Source: Pseudolysinimonas sp. (lineage in GTDB: Bacteria; Actinomycetota; Actinomycetes; Actinomycetales; Microbacteriaceae). Taken from it: a stretch of 64,000 nt of DNA. Below are positions 28,946-39,402 of this stretch, one piece after another (within the stretch, counting starts at the first letter, position 1; each line of letters opens with the position of its first letter). The notes below the pieces were generated by a model that saw only the letters and a program-made list of their open reading frames with translations, made no database searches and had not been told where the DNA came from. Both the position numbers and the translations under genes were made by a program. The DNA lies in NCBI GenBank assembly GCA_041984585.1, contig JBHIXX010000007.1, positions 1,623-65,622 on the forward strand, given 5' to 3'.

Positions 28946-30382
28946 TCAGTCGACGATGTGCAGGGCGCGCGCCGCGTCGGTGATCGACCCCGAGAGCGAC
29001 GGGTACACGCTGAACGCGCGGGCGAGCTGGTCGACGGTGAGCCGGTGCTCGACCGCGAGCGCGATCGGCAGGATCAAGTCGCTCGCCTTCGGCGCGACGA
29101 CGACGCCGCCGATCACGGTGCCCGAGCCGGTGCGGGCAAAAAGCTTCACGAAGCCGTCCTTCAGCCCGAGCATCTTGGCGCGCGGGTTCGCCGAGAGCGG
29201 CAGCTTGCAGATCTCACCCTGGGCGAGGCCCTCCTCGATCTGCTTCTGCGACCAGCCGACGGTCGCGACCTCGGGCTGGGTGAAGATGTTGCTCGTCACG
29301 TTGCGCGGTTCGGTCGGCGAGACCGCGTCGCCGAGCGCGTGGTACACGGCGGTGCGGCCCTGCATCGAGGCGACGGATGCCAGCGGCAGGAAGTCGCTGC
29401 AGTCGCCCGCCGCGTAGATCGACGGCATCGACGTGCGCGCCACCCGGTTCACCCGGATGTGGCCCGAGTCGGTCATCTGCACGCCCGCCTCGGCGAGTCC
29501 GATGCCGGCCGTGTTCGGGATGGCGCCGAGGGCGAGCAGGCAGTGCGACCCGGTCACCTCGCGGCCGTCGGTGAGCTTCACGACCACGCCGTCGTCGGTC
29601 CGCGCGACCGACTCCATCCGGCTCTGGGACAGGATGTCCATGCCCCCGCGACGGAACACCTCCTCGACGACGTGGGCGGCATCCGTGTCCTCGCCGGGGA
29701 GCACCTGCTCGCGGCTGGAGACGAGGGTGACCTTCGCGCCGAGCGCGAGGTAGGCGGAGGCGAACTCGGCGCCGGTCACGCCCGAGCCGACGACGATCAT
29801 GTGCTCGGGCACCGCGTCGAGCGAGTAGAGCTGCGTCCAGCTGAGGATGCGCTCGCCGTCGGGCTTCGCCGACGGGAGCACGCGGGGGCTCGCGCCGACC
29901 GCGACGACGACGGTATCGGCCTCGATCTCGTCGAAGTCGGTGCGGCGCTTTCCGCTGCCGGTCGACACGACCACGCGGTTCGGGCCGTCGAGCCGGCCGT
30001 CGCCGGTCACCACCTGCACCCCGGCCTTGGCGAGCTGCGACTTCATGTCGGCGGACTGCTGGCGGGCGAGCGAGAGCAGGCGCTGGTTCACCGCGGACAG
30101 GTTGACCGCCACCTGCGGGCGCAGCGACCGGCCCGGGTCGGTGCGGGTGTAGAACTGCACGCCCAGGTCGCTCGACTCGGCGACGGCGGTGGCGGCCTCG
30201 GCGGTGGCGATCAGGGTCTTCGACGGAACGACGTCGGTGAGCACCGCCGCGCCGCCGACCCCGGTGCGCTCCACCAGGGTGACCTCAGCGCCGAGCTGGG
30301 CGCCCGCGATGGCGGCTTCGTAGCCGCCCGGACCTCCCCCGACGACGGCGATGCGGTGGGTTCGCTCGAACTGGGAGGCCAT
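28946..30382 (-). CDS. lpdA: LpdA-type NAD(P)H-dependent flavoprotein (pyridine nucleotide-disulfide oxidoreductase family lacking the redox-active Cys pair)
   Basis: IAVVGGGPGGYEAA FAD motif and GSGVTGAEFA NAD motif. GGAAVLTDVVPSK stands where lipoamide dehydrogenases have GGTCLNVGCIPSK. Start is the ATG at 30382. Confidence 0.85.
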   Translation of the reverse strand: MASQFERTHRIAVVGGGPGGYEAAIAGAQLGAEVTLVERTGVGGAAVLTDVVPSKTLIATAEAATAVAESSDLGVQFYTRTDPGRSLRPQVAVNLSAVNQRLLSLARQQSADMKSQLAKAGVQVVTGDGRLDGPNRVVVSTGSGKRRTDFDEIEADTVVVAVGASPRVLPSAKPDGERILSWTQLYSLDAVPEHMIVVGSGVTGAEFASAYLALGAKVTLVSSREQVLPGEDTDAAHVVEEVFRRGGMDILSQSRMESVARTDDGVVVKLTDGREVTGSHCLLALGAIPNTAGIGLAEAGVQMTDSGHIRVNRVARTSMPSIYAAGDCSDFLPLASVASMQGRTAVYHALGDAVSPTEPRNVTSNIFTQPEVATVGWSQKQIEEGLAQGEICKLPLSANPRAKMLGLKDGFVKLFARTGSGTVIGGVVVAPKASDLILPIALAVEHRLTVDQLARAFSVYPSLSGSITDAARALHIVD

Positions 30383-30559
30383 ACCCCGATTCTTGCCGGT
30401 TTCGCGGCTCGCCGCGGACCCGTCGACGATCGGCGACCGGTCCCCGCGTCCGGGCCGCACTCCTTCCCCTCCCCGCGGCCCGTCCCGGTCCCGCGCCGAG
30501 TGCCGATCGGCATCCCGCGACCCGGATGCGGCCCCGCGCCCGCGACGTAGAGTGATCGC

Positions 30560-31384
30560 ATGTCCGCGCACCCCCTCGACGACCCCGCCGCCGACCCGTT
30601 CGAGATCGCCCGCGAGGCGGCCGCCCGCATCGCCGAGATCAGCGGGGTGGAGCGCCACGACATCGCGCTCACGCTGGGCAGCGGCTGGGCGAAGGCCGCC
30701 GACCTGCTCGGCGAGACGGTCGCGACGATCCCGGCCACCGACATCCCCGGCTTCAGCGCACCCGCCCTCGCCGGCCACGTCGGCACGCTGCGCAGCGTGC
30801 GCCTCGTCGACGGGCGGCACGCGCTCGTGATCGGCGCCCGCACGCACTACTACGAGGGCCACGGCGTGCGGCGCGTGGTGCACTCGGTGCGCACGGCCGC
30901 CGCGACCGGCGCGCGCATCATGGTGCTCACCAACGGCGCGGGCGGCATCAAGGAGCACTGGGAGCCCGGCACGCCGGTGCTCATCTCCGACCACATCAAC
31001 CTGACCGCGGACTCGCCGCTCGAGGGCGCGACCTTCATCGACCTCACCGACCTCTACTCGTCGCGCCTGCGCGACGTCGCCCGCGGGGTCGACCCGTCGC
31101 TCGACGAGGGCGTGTACTGCCAGTTCCGCGGCCCGCACTACGAGACGCCCGCCGAGGTGCAGATGGCGAAGGCGATCGGCGGGCACATCGTCGGGATGTC
31201 GACCGCGCTCGAGGCGATCGCCGCCCGGCAGGCCGGGATGGAGGTGCTCGGCTTCTCGCTGATCACCAACCTCGCGGCCGGCATCTCGCCCGAGCCGCTG
31301 AGCCACGCCGAGGTCATCCAGGCGGGCAAGGACGCCGAGCCGGTCATCTCCGACCTGCTCGCCCGGGTGGTCGCGGCGCTGTGA
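30560..31384 (+). CDS. punA: purine nucleoside phosphorylase (trimeric PNP type)
   Basis: LTLGSGW, GHVGTL, VLTNGAGGI and VGMSTALE motifs. Confidence 0.9.
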   Translation: MSAHPLDDPAADPFEIAREAAARIAEISGVERHDIALTLGSGWAKAADLLGETVATIPATDIPGFSAPALAGHVGTLRSVRLVDGRHALVIGARTHYYEGHGVRRVVHSVRTAAATGARIMVLTNGAGGIKEHWEPGTPVLISDHINLTADSPLEGATFIDLTDLYSSRLRDVARGVDPSLDEGVYCQFRGPHYETPAEVQMAKAIGGHIVGMSTALEAIAARQAGMEVLGFSLITNLAAGISPEPLSHAEVIQAGKDAEPVISDLLARVVAAL

Positions 31385-33021
31385 GCGTCGACACCTCGGC
31401 CGCCGAGGCGTGGCAGGCGCAGGACCCGGATCCGCAGACCCGCGCCGAGCTGTCCGCGCTGCTCGACGCCTCACGCGCGGGCGACGCCGCCGCGGCCGCC
31501 GATCTCGCCGACCGGTTCTCGGGCCGGCTCGAGTTCGGCACGGCGGGTCTCCGCGGCGAGCTGGGCGCCGGGCCGATGCGGATGAACCGCGTGCTGGTGG
31601 CGCAGGCCGCCGCCGGGCTCGCCCGCCACCTGCTGGCGCGCGACCCGCATCCGAGCGTCGTGATCGGCTGGGACGGGCGGCACAACTCCGACGTGTTCGC
31701 GCGGGACAGCGCCGAGCTGCTGGCCGGCGCGGGCGTCGCCGTGACGATGCTGCCGCGGATGCTGCCGACCCCGGTGCTCGCCTTCGCGGTGCGTCACCTC
31801 GACGCGAGCGCCGGCATCATGGTGACCGCGAGCCACAACCCGCCGCGCGACAACGGCTACAAGGTCTACCTCGGCGGCGCGGACGCGGGGTCGCAGATCG
31901 TGCCGCCCGCGGATGCCGAGATCGCCGCCGCGATCGCGCAGGTGGCCGCCGGGTCGATCGTCGAGCTGCCGCGTTCCGACGACTACGCGACGGCCGACGA
32001 GGGCGTCCTCGACGCCTACGTGGCGCGCACCGCCGCGCTCGCCGAGACGACCGCGCCGCTGCGCTGGGTCTACACGCCGATGCACGGCGTCGGACTCGAG
32101 ACGACCCGCCTGGTCGCCGCCGCCGCGGGCTTCCCCGCGCCGATCGTGGTGGCCGAGCAGGCCGACCCCGACCCCGACTTCCCCACCGTCGCGTTCCCCA
32201 ACCCCGAGGAACCGGGGGCGACCGACCTCGCCCTCGCGCTCGCGCGCGCCGAGCGGGCCGACCTGGTGATCGCGAACGATCCGGACGCCGACCGGGTCGC
32301 CGTCGCGGTGCCGGATGCCGACGGCTGGCGACAGCTCTCCGGCAACGAGGTGGGCTGGCTGCTCGGCGCGCGCGCCGCGGAGCGCGCCGAGAGCGGCACG
32401 CTGGCCTGCTCGCTGGTCAGCTCCCCGGCGCTCGGCGCGATCGCCGCCGCGGAGGGGCTCGACTTCGTCGAGACGCTCACCGGGTTCAAGTGGATCTCGC
32501 GCGCGCCCGACCTGGTGTTCGGCTACGAGGAGGCGCTCGGCTACCTGGTCGACCCCGACAAGGTGCGCGACAAGGACGGCATCTCGGCGCTCGTCGCGGT
32601 GCTCACGCTGTTCGCCGAGCTGCGCGAGCAGGGCATCTCTCTGGCCGAGCACCTCGACCGGTTCGCCGAGCGGTTCGGAGGGTTCGCGTCGGCGCAGATC
32701 TCGATCCGCGTCGACGACCTCGACGTGATCGCCCGGACGATCGCCCGGCTGCGCGCCGAGCCCCCGGCCGAGATCGGCGGCGTGCCGGTGGAGTCGGTCG
32801 ACGACTTCGCGACCGGGGTGGGCGACTACCCGCGGGCGGACATCCTGCGCTACCGGCTGGCGGGCGGCGCCCGGGTGATCGTGCGACCGAGCGGCACCGA
32901 GCCCAAGCTGAAGTGCTACCTCGACGCGGCCTACGCCGAGGGCGGGGCGGCCGAACGCTGGGCGGGGGCCCGCGCCACGGTCGCGCGGCTCGAGGCGGGC
33001 ATGCGCGAGCTGCTCGCCTGA
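31381..33021 (+). CDS. phosphomannomutase/phosphoglucomutase-family protein (possibly phosphopentomutase-like role)
   Basis: Active-site TASHNPPRDNGYK. GTGA overlap with the punA stop. Confidence 0.85.
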   Translation: MSVDTSAAEAWQAQDPDPQTRAELSALLDASRAGDAAAAADLADRFSGRLEFGTAGLRGELGAGPMRMNRVLVAQAAAGLARHLLARDPHPSVVIGWDGRHNSDVFARDSAELLAGAGVAVTMLPRMLPTPVLAFAVRHLDASAGIMVTASHNPPRDNGYKVYLGGADAGSQIVPPADAEIAAAIAQVAAGSIVELPRSDDYATADEGVLDAYVARTAALAETTAPLRWVYTPMHGVGLETTRLVAAAAGFPAPIVVAEQADPDPDFPTVAFPNPEEPGATDLALALARAERADLVIANDPDADRVAVAVPDADGWRQLSGNEVGWLLGARAAERAESGTLACSLVSSPALGAIAAAEGLDFVETLTGFKWISRAPDLVFGYEEALGYLVDPDKVRDKDGISALVAVLTLFAELREQGISLAEHLDRFAERFGGFASAQISIRVDDLDVIARTIARLRAEPPAEIGGVPVESVDDFATGVGDYPRADILRYRLAGGARVIVRPSGTEPKLKCYLDAAYAEGGAAERWAGARATVARLEAGMRELLA

Positions 33022-33022
33022 T

Positions 33023-33036
33023 CCGCCCCGGGGCGG
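33023..33036. terminator. 14-nt perfect palindrome CCGCCCCGGGGCGG between convergent genes
   Basis: It lies between the phosphomutase stop (33021) and the NlpC/P60 stop (33038). Confidence 0.45.
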
Positions 33037-33037
33037 G

Positions 33038-33739
33038 TCAGGCCGTGGGCCGCACGAACCAGTGGTTGGCGCTGTAGATCGGCCGCACGGCCACGACGGT
33101 GCCGGGACGCGGCGCGTCGATCATCTGCCCGTTGCCCAGGTAGATGCCGATGTGACCGCCGCCGTCCATCACGACCAGGTCGCCGGGGAGCGCCGCCGAC
33201 GGCGCGATCGCCGTCATCCGCCCCTGGGCGCTCGACGAGTGCGGCAGGTAGACGCCGAACTGGGAGTAGACGAACTGGGTGAAGCCCGAGCAGTCGAAGC
33301 CCGACGGGTCGGCGCCGCCGAACCGGTAGGGGACGCCCTGGTACTTCATCGCGACCGCGACGACCGCGTCGAGGCTGAAGTTCGGGTAGGGCGGGTTGGC
33401 GAGGTAGTCGCTCACCGACGGACCCGAGTAGGCCGCGTAGGCGGCGGCGAGCGCCTGGCGGCGCATCTCGGCCGCCGAGGTGGCGTCGTAGTCGTCGCGC
33501 TCGGCGAACTCGACCTCGGCCACCGCGGCCAGGGTCAGGCTCTGCGCGTCGACGGCCACGGCGGCCGTCTCGGCCGGATCGCCCGACCCCGAGTAGGCGT
33601 ACGCGGGAAGCGCGACGGTGCAGAACAGGCCCGGCACGGCGACGCCGAGCACGAGCAGCTTGAGGGCGCCGTCGCGGCGCGAGGCGCGGACGGCGGGATC
33701 GGTGGACGCGGAGTCGCGCCCGGAGAAGGGTGACAGCAC
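33038..33739 (-). CDS. secreted NlpC/P60 (C40) peptidoglycan peptidase
   Basis: Signal peptide ending AYAYS. Catalytic core GVPYRFGGADPSGFDCSGFTQFVY...GDLVVMDGGGHIGIY. Confidence 0.9.
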   Translation of the reverse strand: MLSPFSGRDSASTDPAVRASRRDGALKLLVLGVAVPGLFCTVALPAYAYSGSGDPAETAAVAVDAQSLTLAAVAEVEFAERDDYDATSAAEMRRQALAAAYAAYSGPSVSDYLANPPYPNFSLDAVVAVAMKYQGVPYRFGGADPSGFDCSGFTQFVYSQFGVYLPHSSSAQGRMTAIAPSAALPGDLVVMDGGGHIGIYLGNGQMIDAPRPGTVVAVRPIYSANHWFVRPTA

Positions 33740-33744
33740 GAGGA

Positions 33745-33866
33745 GGATCTCCCGCGTCTCGCCGGCTGTGATCGGCCCATCCCGTGGTTCTCAGGTTCCC
33801 GACGACGGGGGATGGGGTGATGAGACGCCCCGCGTCGGGTCCCGCCCGTGATGCCCGGCGGGACGG
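33745..33866 (-). ncRNA. candidate c-di-AMP (ydaO-yuaA type) riboswitch in the NlpC/P60 leader
   Basis: - The minus-strand RNA has a closing helix CGCCGG...CCGGCG.
- It has two CAUCA motifs and two ACGGG-N-GGG-N-CC motifs (CAUCACGGGCGGGACCC and ACGGGAUGGGCC).
- It has CCGAUCACAGCC near the 3' end. Together these resemble the pseudo-twofold ydaO architecture.
- A possible -10 TACACT lies at 33871..33876. Confidence 0.45.
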
Positions 33867-33992
33867 ATCGAGTGTACGTTCGGCGCCCGCGGGCACCCAG
33901 CCGAGCCGGGCCCTCCCAGCACATTCACGGCGATCCTCCGGCCGCCCTCCGGCGACGGGGACGTCCGGGCGCGACCGCCCCTCCGGGCTCGG

Positions 33993-34008
33993 CGCGGGCC
34001 CCGGCCCG
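33993..34008 (-). terminator. stem-loop after ideR (GCGGGC-CGGG-GCCCGC on the minus strand)
   Basis: GC-rich hairpin about 20 nt past the ideR stop. It separates ideR from the NlpC/P60 leader. Confidence 0.45.
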
Positions 34009-34027
34009 CGGCGGGAACGGCCCGGGA

Positions 34028-35943
<1,916 letters not shown>

Positions 35944-35966
35944 CCCGACGCCGTTAGGCTGACGCC

Positions 35967-36203
35967 GTGCGGCTGTGGCTCCGAGCGTCCGAGAGGCGGG
36001 CGCAACCCGACCCGCTCGCGACCGACGAGCGCGTACCCGTGCTGGTCGGCGGCGGGCTCTGGGTCGTCGCCGCCGTCGTGGCCGCCGTCGTCGCGCCCGA
36101 GGGCCCGGTGCGCGACCTGCTCGTGCCCCTCACCCTGGCGGGCGTGGCGCTCGGACTCGTCCTGCTCGGCTACGTCGTCTTCCGGCGGCGCGGCCAGCGC
36201 TGA
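35967..36203 (+). CDS. small two-TM membrane protein (DUF2530-like)
   Basis: 78-aa ORF with two hydrophobic helices and a basic C-terminus. TAGGCT lies 6 nt upstream of the GTG. Confidence 0.5.
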   Translation: MRLWLRASERRAQPDPLATDERVPVLVGGGLWVVAAVVAAVVAPEGPVRDLLVPLTLAGVALGLVLLGYVVFRRRGQR

Positions 36204-36826
36204 CGCCGCTTCTTCGCGCCCTCGGCCGGGGCGTCGCCCTCGGCGTCCCCGTCGGGGGTCCCACCATCCGCCGCGCCGTCGTCGGCGGCTGCGTCGGCCG
36301 TCGCGTCGTCCGCAGCGGGGGCGTCGGCGGCTGCACCGGTCGCCGCGGAGTCCGCGGATGCGCCGTCGGCCGGACCGTCCAGGTCGGGCTCGTCGACCCC
36401 GTCGCGCTCGACCGAGTCGTCGCCGAGGTCCGTCTCGTCGAGGTCCTCGAAGTCGTCGTCGCCGTCCTCGTCGTCGGCGTCGTCCGCGTCGTCGCCCTCG
36501 AGCGTGGCGTCCGGCTCCCCCGCCGCGGCCTGAGCCGCGCGGTACTCCTCGAGCCGCTGCGCCCACGGGATCCACTCGGGGGCGACCAGCGCGCCGTCTC
36601 CCGGCAGCAGCTCCGCCTCGAGCACCGTCGGGTCGGCATCGTCGACCTCGGCGAGGCTCACCGTCCAGCGCCACCCGGGATACCCGCTCATCCGCGCCGA
36701 GAAGGCGAGCGTCACGACGCCGTCGCCCTCCTCGGCGGCGGCGACCAGCTCGCCCACGTCGCCCTCGGCCGTGATCTCGAGCAGCGCGGCGCGCGCCACC
36801 CGCTCCCGGACCGCGGCGTCAGCCAT
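36170..36826 (-). CDS. DUF3027-like protein with a long acidic C-terminal tail
   Basis: 218-aa ORF downstream of the csp gene and overlapping it. The conserved-looking N-terminal 100 aa are followed by an Asp/Ala-rich tail. Confidence 0.6.
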   Translation of the reverse strand: MADAAVRERVARAALLEITAEGDVGELVAAAEEGDGVVTLAFSARMSGYPGWRWTVSLAEVDDADPTVLEAELLPGDGALVAPEWIPWAQRLEEYRAAQAAAGEPDATLEGDDADDADDEDGDDDFEDLDETDLGDDSVERDGVDEPDLDGPADGASADSAATGAAADAPAADDATADAAADDGAADGGTPDGDAEGDAPAEGAKKRRQRWPRRRKTT

Positions 36827-37199
36827 CGAGGTCGTCGGCCACCCGGCGCAGCACCGCGGCGATCTTCGCGCCGTGGGCGCGGTCGGGGTAGCGGCCCCGA
36901 CGCAGTCCCGCGCCGATGCCGTCGAGCAGCTTCACCAGGTCTTCGACCACGATCGCCATGTCGTCCGCCGACCGGCGGTTGCGCGCGGTGAGGGTGGGGG
37001 CGGCGTCGAGCACGCGCACCGAGAGCGCCTGGGCGCCGCGGCGGCCGTCGGCGATGCCGAACTCGAGGCGGCTGCCGGCCTTGATGACGGCGCCCTCGGG
37101 CACCGCGGACGCGTGCAGGAAGACCTCCTGCCCGTCATCGGACGCGATGAAGCCGAAGCCCTTCTCCGCGTCGTAGAACTTGACCTTGCCGGTGGGCAT
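36819..37199 (-). CDS. cold-shock domain protein with C-terminal extension
   Basis: [29 protein letters not shown] (RNP1/RNP2 motifs) plus an extension of about 60 aa. I chose the ATG at 37199 inside the 210-aa ORF. Confidence 0.85.
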   Translation of the reverse strand: MPTGKVKFYDAEKGFGFIASDDGQEVFLHASAVPEGAVIKAGSRLEFGIADGRRGAQALSVRVLDAAPTLTARNRRSADDMAIVVEDLVKLLDGIGAGLRRGRYPDRAHGAKIAAVLRRVADDLDG

Positions 37200-37224
37200 C
37201 GCCACGACCCCTATCCTTGAAACC

Positions 37225-37491
37225 GTGTCAGACGAGACCCGGGTGCCGCTCAATCGTACCGAACGCGTTCTGGTGTTCATGATCGCCGGCATCCTCGTGC
37301 TGTCGGTCGTGACCATCGTCGTCGTCACCATCCTCACCGCCACGGGCGCCGCCCCGGGCGGCGGCGCGTTCTGGGAGTCGGTGCAGCTGCTCCCGCTCGT
37401 CGGGCTGCCGCTCGCCTTCGTGCTGATCATCGTCTTCCTCGTGCTCAGCACCCTCCGCCGCCGCAGGATCGCCGAAGGTGGCCGCGACTAG
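37225..37491 (+). CDS. small membrane protein, unknown function
   Basis: Two clear TM helices (VLVFMIAGILVLSVVTIVVVTIL and LLPLVGLPLAFVLIIVFLVLS). GTG at 37225 with TATCCT 7 nt upstream. Confidence 0.5.
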   Translation: MSDETRVPLNRTERVLVFMIAGILVLSVVTIVVVTILTATGAAPGGGAFWESVQLLPLVGLPLAFVLIIVFLVLSTLRRRRIAEGGRD

Positions 37492-39316
37492 CGGATCCGT
37501 CCTCGCGCTCGCGGCCCGGCTGCGGGCGCTCCCCGACGACGAGCTGACCCGCCTGGTCACCGCGCGCGGCGTGCGCGCCGGCGGGATCGACGACTTCTTC
37601 GACCTCGCCGAGGCGCTGCTCGACCGCACGTCGGTGCAGGCGGCGCTGGAGCGCCTCGACCGGCCCACGCTCGCCGTGCTGGCCGCGGCCGGCGAACTGG
37701 CGGAGAGCACCGGCGCCCCGACCGCCGACCGGGTCGCCGAGCGGGTCGGCCTCGACGTCGACGACGTCGCCGCCCGGCTGGAGGTGGCGATCTCCGCCGG
37801 CCTGGCGGGCGCCGAGTCGGGTCGCTACGCCCCCTGGGACGCCGTGGTCGAGCAGCTGCGCTCCTGGCCGGCGTTCGGCCTGCCCACGGCGAGCCAGCTG
37901 GCCGATATCCCCGCCCCGGCCGCCCTCGAACGGGTCAGCGCCGCCGACGCGCGGTTCATCGACCGCGGCGCGGGCGACCGGGCGTTCGCCACCGTCGCGG
38001 CCATCACCGACCTGCTGCTCGCGCTGCGCGACGGACCCGCCCGTCGACTCACCCGCGGCGGGGTGGCGCTGCCCGATGCGCGGCGGCTGGGCGAGGCGTC
38101 CGGCGTCGAGCCGGAGGAGGTCGGCATCCTGCTCGACATCGCCGGCCGCGCCGGCCTGGTGTCGCTCGACGGCTCCGGGTGGGAGCCGCTCTCCGCCGCG
38201 GGCGACTGGCTCGCCGCCCCGCGGGTGGACCGCTGGCGCGACCTCGCCGCCGGATGGCTGGCCCGACTCCCCGAGGAGCTGCGCGACCTGCTGCGCGACC
38301 GGGCCCGCGCGGTCTGGGGTGAGGGCCTGCTCGACTACCTGCGCTGGCTCTACCCGGGCGGCGGCGAGTGGATCCGCTCCCGCGCCGCCACCTTCGGCGA
38401 GGAGGCCGACCTGCTCGGACTCGCCGGCTCCTCGACCCCGAGCACTCCGGGCACCGCCCTGCTGCTCGACGGGCCGGATGCCGCCGCCGTCGCGATGGCC
38501 GAGCTGCTGCCGCCCGAGGTCGACTCGGTCTACCTGCAGGACGACCTGACGGTCATCTCCCCCGGTCCGCTGCGCGCCGACCTCGACCTGCGGATGCGGG
38601 GTCTGGCCGACGTCGAGACCCGCGGCGTGGCGACCGGGTTCCGCATCACCGCCGCCAGCCTGACCCGCGCGCTGCTCGCCGGGGAGAGCGAGGCCGGCAT
38701 CCGGGAGTTCCTGTCGGGGGTCTCGGTGACCGGATTCCCGCAGCCGCTCGACTACCTCGTCGCCGAGACGGCGGCGCGGTTCGGCAGTCTGCGCGTCGGC
38801 GCCGAACCCCACGGGGGCAGCTACGTGCGCTCCGACGACCCGACCCTGCTGCGCCAGGTGGCGGTCGACCAGACGCTCGCCACGCTCGGCCTCGCCGACG
38901 AGGGCGACCGCCTGGTGAGCCGGTTCGACGCGGGCGTCGTCGTCACCACCCTCGTCGAGCGCCGGTACCCGGCTGTCCGCGAAGACGCCGCGGGCCGCAT
39001 CGCGACGGCGGGGGCGACCCGCGCCGACCGGGGCGGCGTGCCCGACGACACCGCCGCGATCCTCATCGCCCACGTGCGCGAGGTGGCGACGGCCGAGCCG
39101 GACGACGACCGGGCGTGGCTGGTGCGGCAGATCGAGCTGGCCGCGAAGGGCAAGGTCGCCGTGACCGTCACCGTGCGGATGCCCGACGGCAGCGAGGCCG
39201 AGTACACCCTCGAGCCGGCGGCCGTCGCCGGCGGACGGCTGCGCGCGCGCGACCGCCGGGCCGACATCGAGCGCACGCTCCCGCTGTCGTCGATCGTCGA
39301 CGTGCGCCCCGCCTGA
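37478..39316 (+). CDS. conserved XPB-associated protein (helicase-associated domain type)
   Basis: 612-aa ORF immediately upstream of XPB, with normal actinobacterial composition. Its position matches the conserved partner gene of actinobacterial XPB (recalled as Rv0862c-like). Confidence 0.6.
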   Translation: MAATSGSVLALAARLRALPDDELTRLVTARGVRAGGIDDFFDLAEALLDRTSVQAALERLDRPTLAVLAAAGELAESTGAPTADRVAERVGLDVDDVAARLEVAISAGLAGAESGRYAPWDAVVEQLRSWPAFGLPTASQLADIPAPAALERVSAADARFIDRGAGDRAFATVAAITDLLLALRDGPARRLTRGGVALPDARRLGEASGVEPEEVGILLDIAGRAGLVSLDGSGWEPLSAAGDWLAAPRVDRWRDLAAGWLARLPEELRDLLRDRARAVWGEGLLDYLRWLYPGGGEWIRSRAATFGEEADLLGLAGSSTPSTPGTALLLDGPDAAAVAMAELLPPEVDSVYLQDDLTVISPGPLRADLDLRMRGLADVETRGVATGFRITAASLTRALLAGESEAGIREFLSGVSVTGFPQPLDYLVAETAARFGSLRVGAEPHGGSYVRSDDPTLLRQVAVDQTLATLGLADEGDRLVSRFDAGVVVTTLVERRYPAVREDAAGRIATAGATRADRGGVPDDTAAILIAHVREVATAEPDDDRAWLVRQIELAAKGKVAVTVTVRMPDGSEAEYTLEPAAVAGGRLRARDRRADIERTLPLSSIVDVRPA

Positions 39317-39402
39317 CGCCCCGCCTGACGCCGCGCCCGACGCCGCCCGACGACCGTCGCCGACCCGGCCCGCGGAGCGCGCGCGGGATAGACTGGCCCG
39401 CT

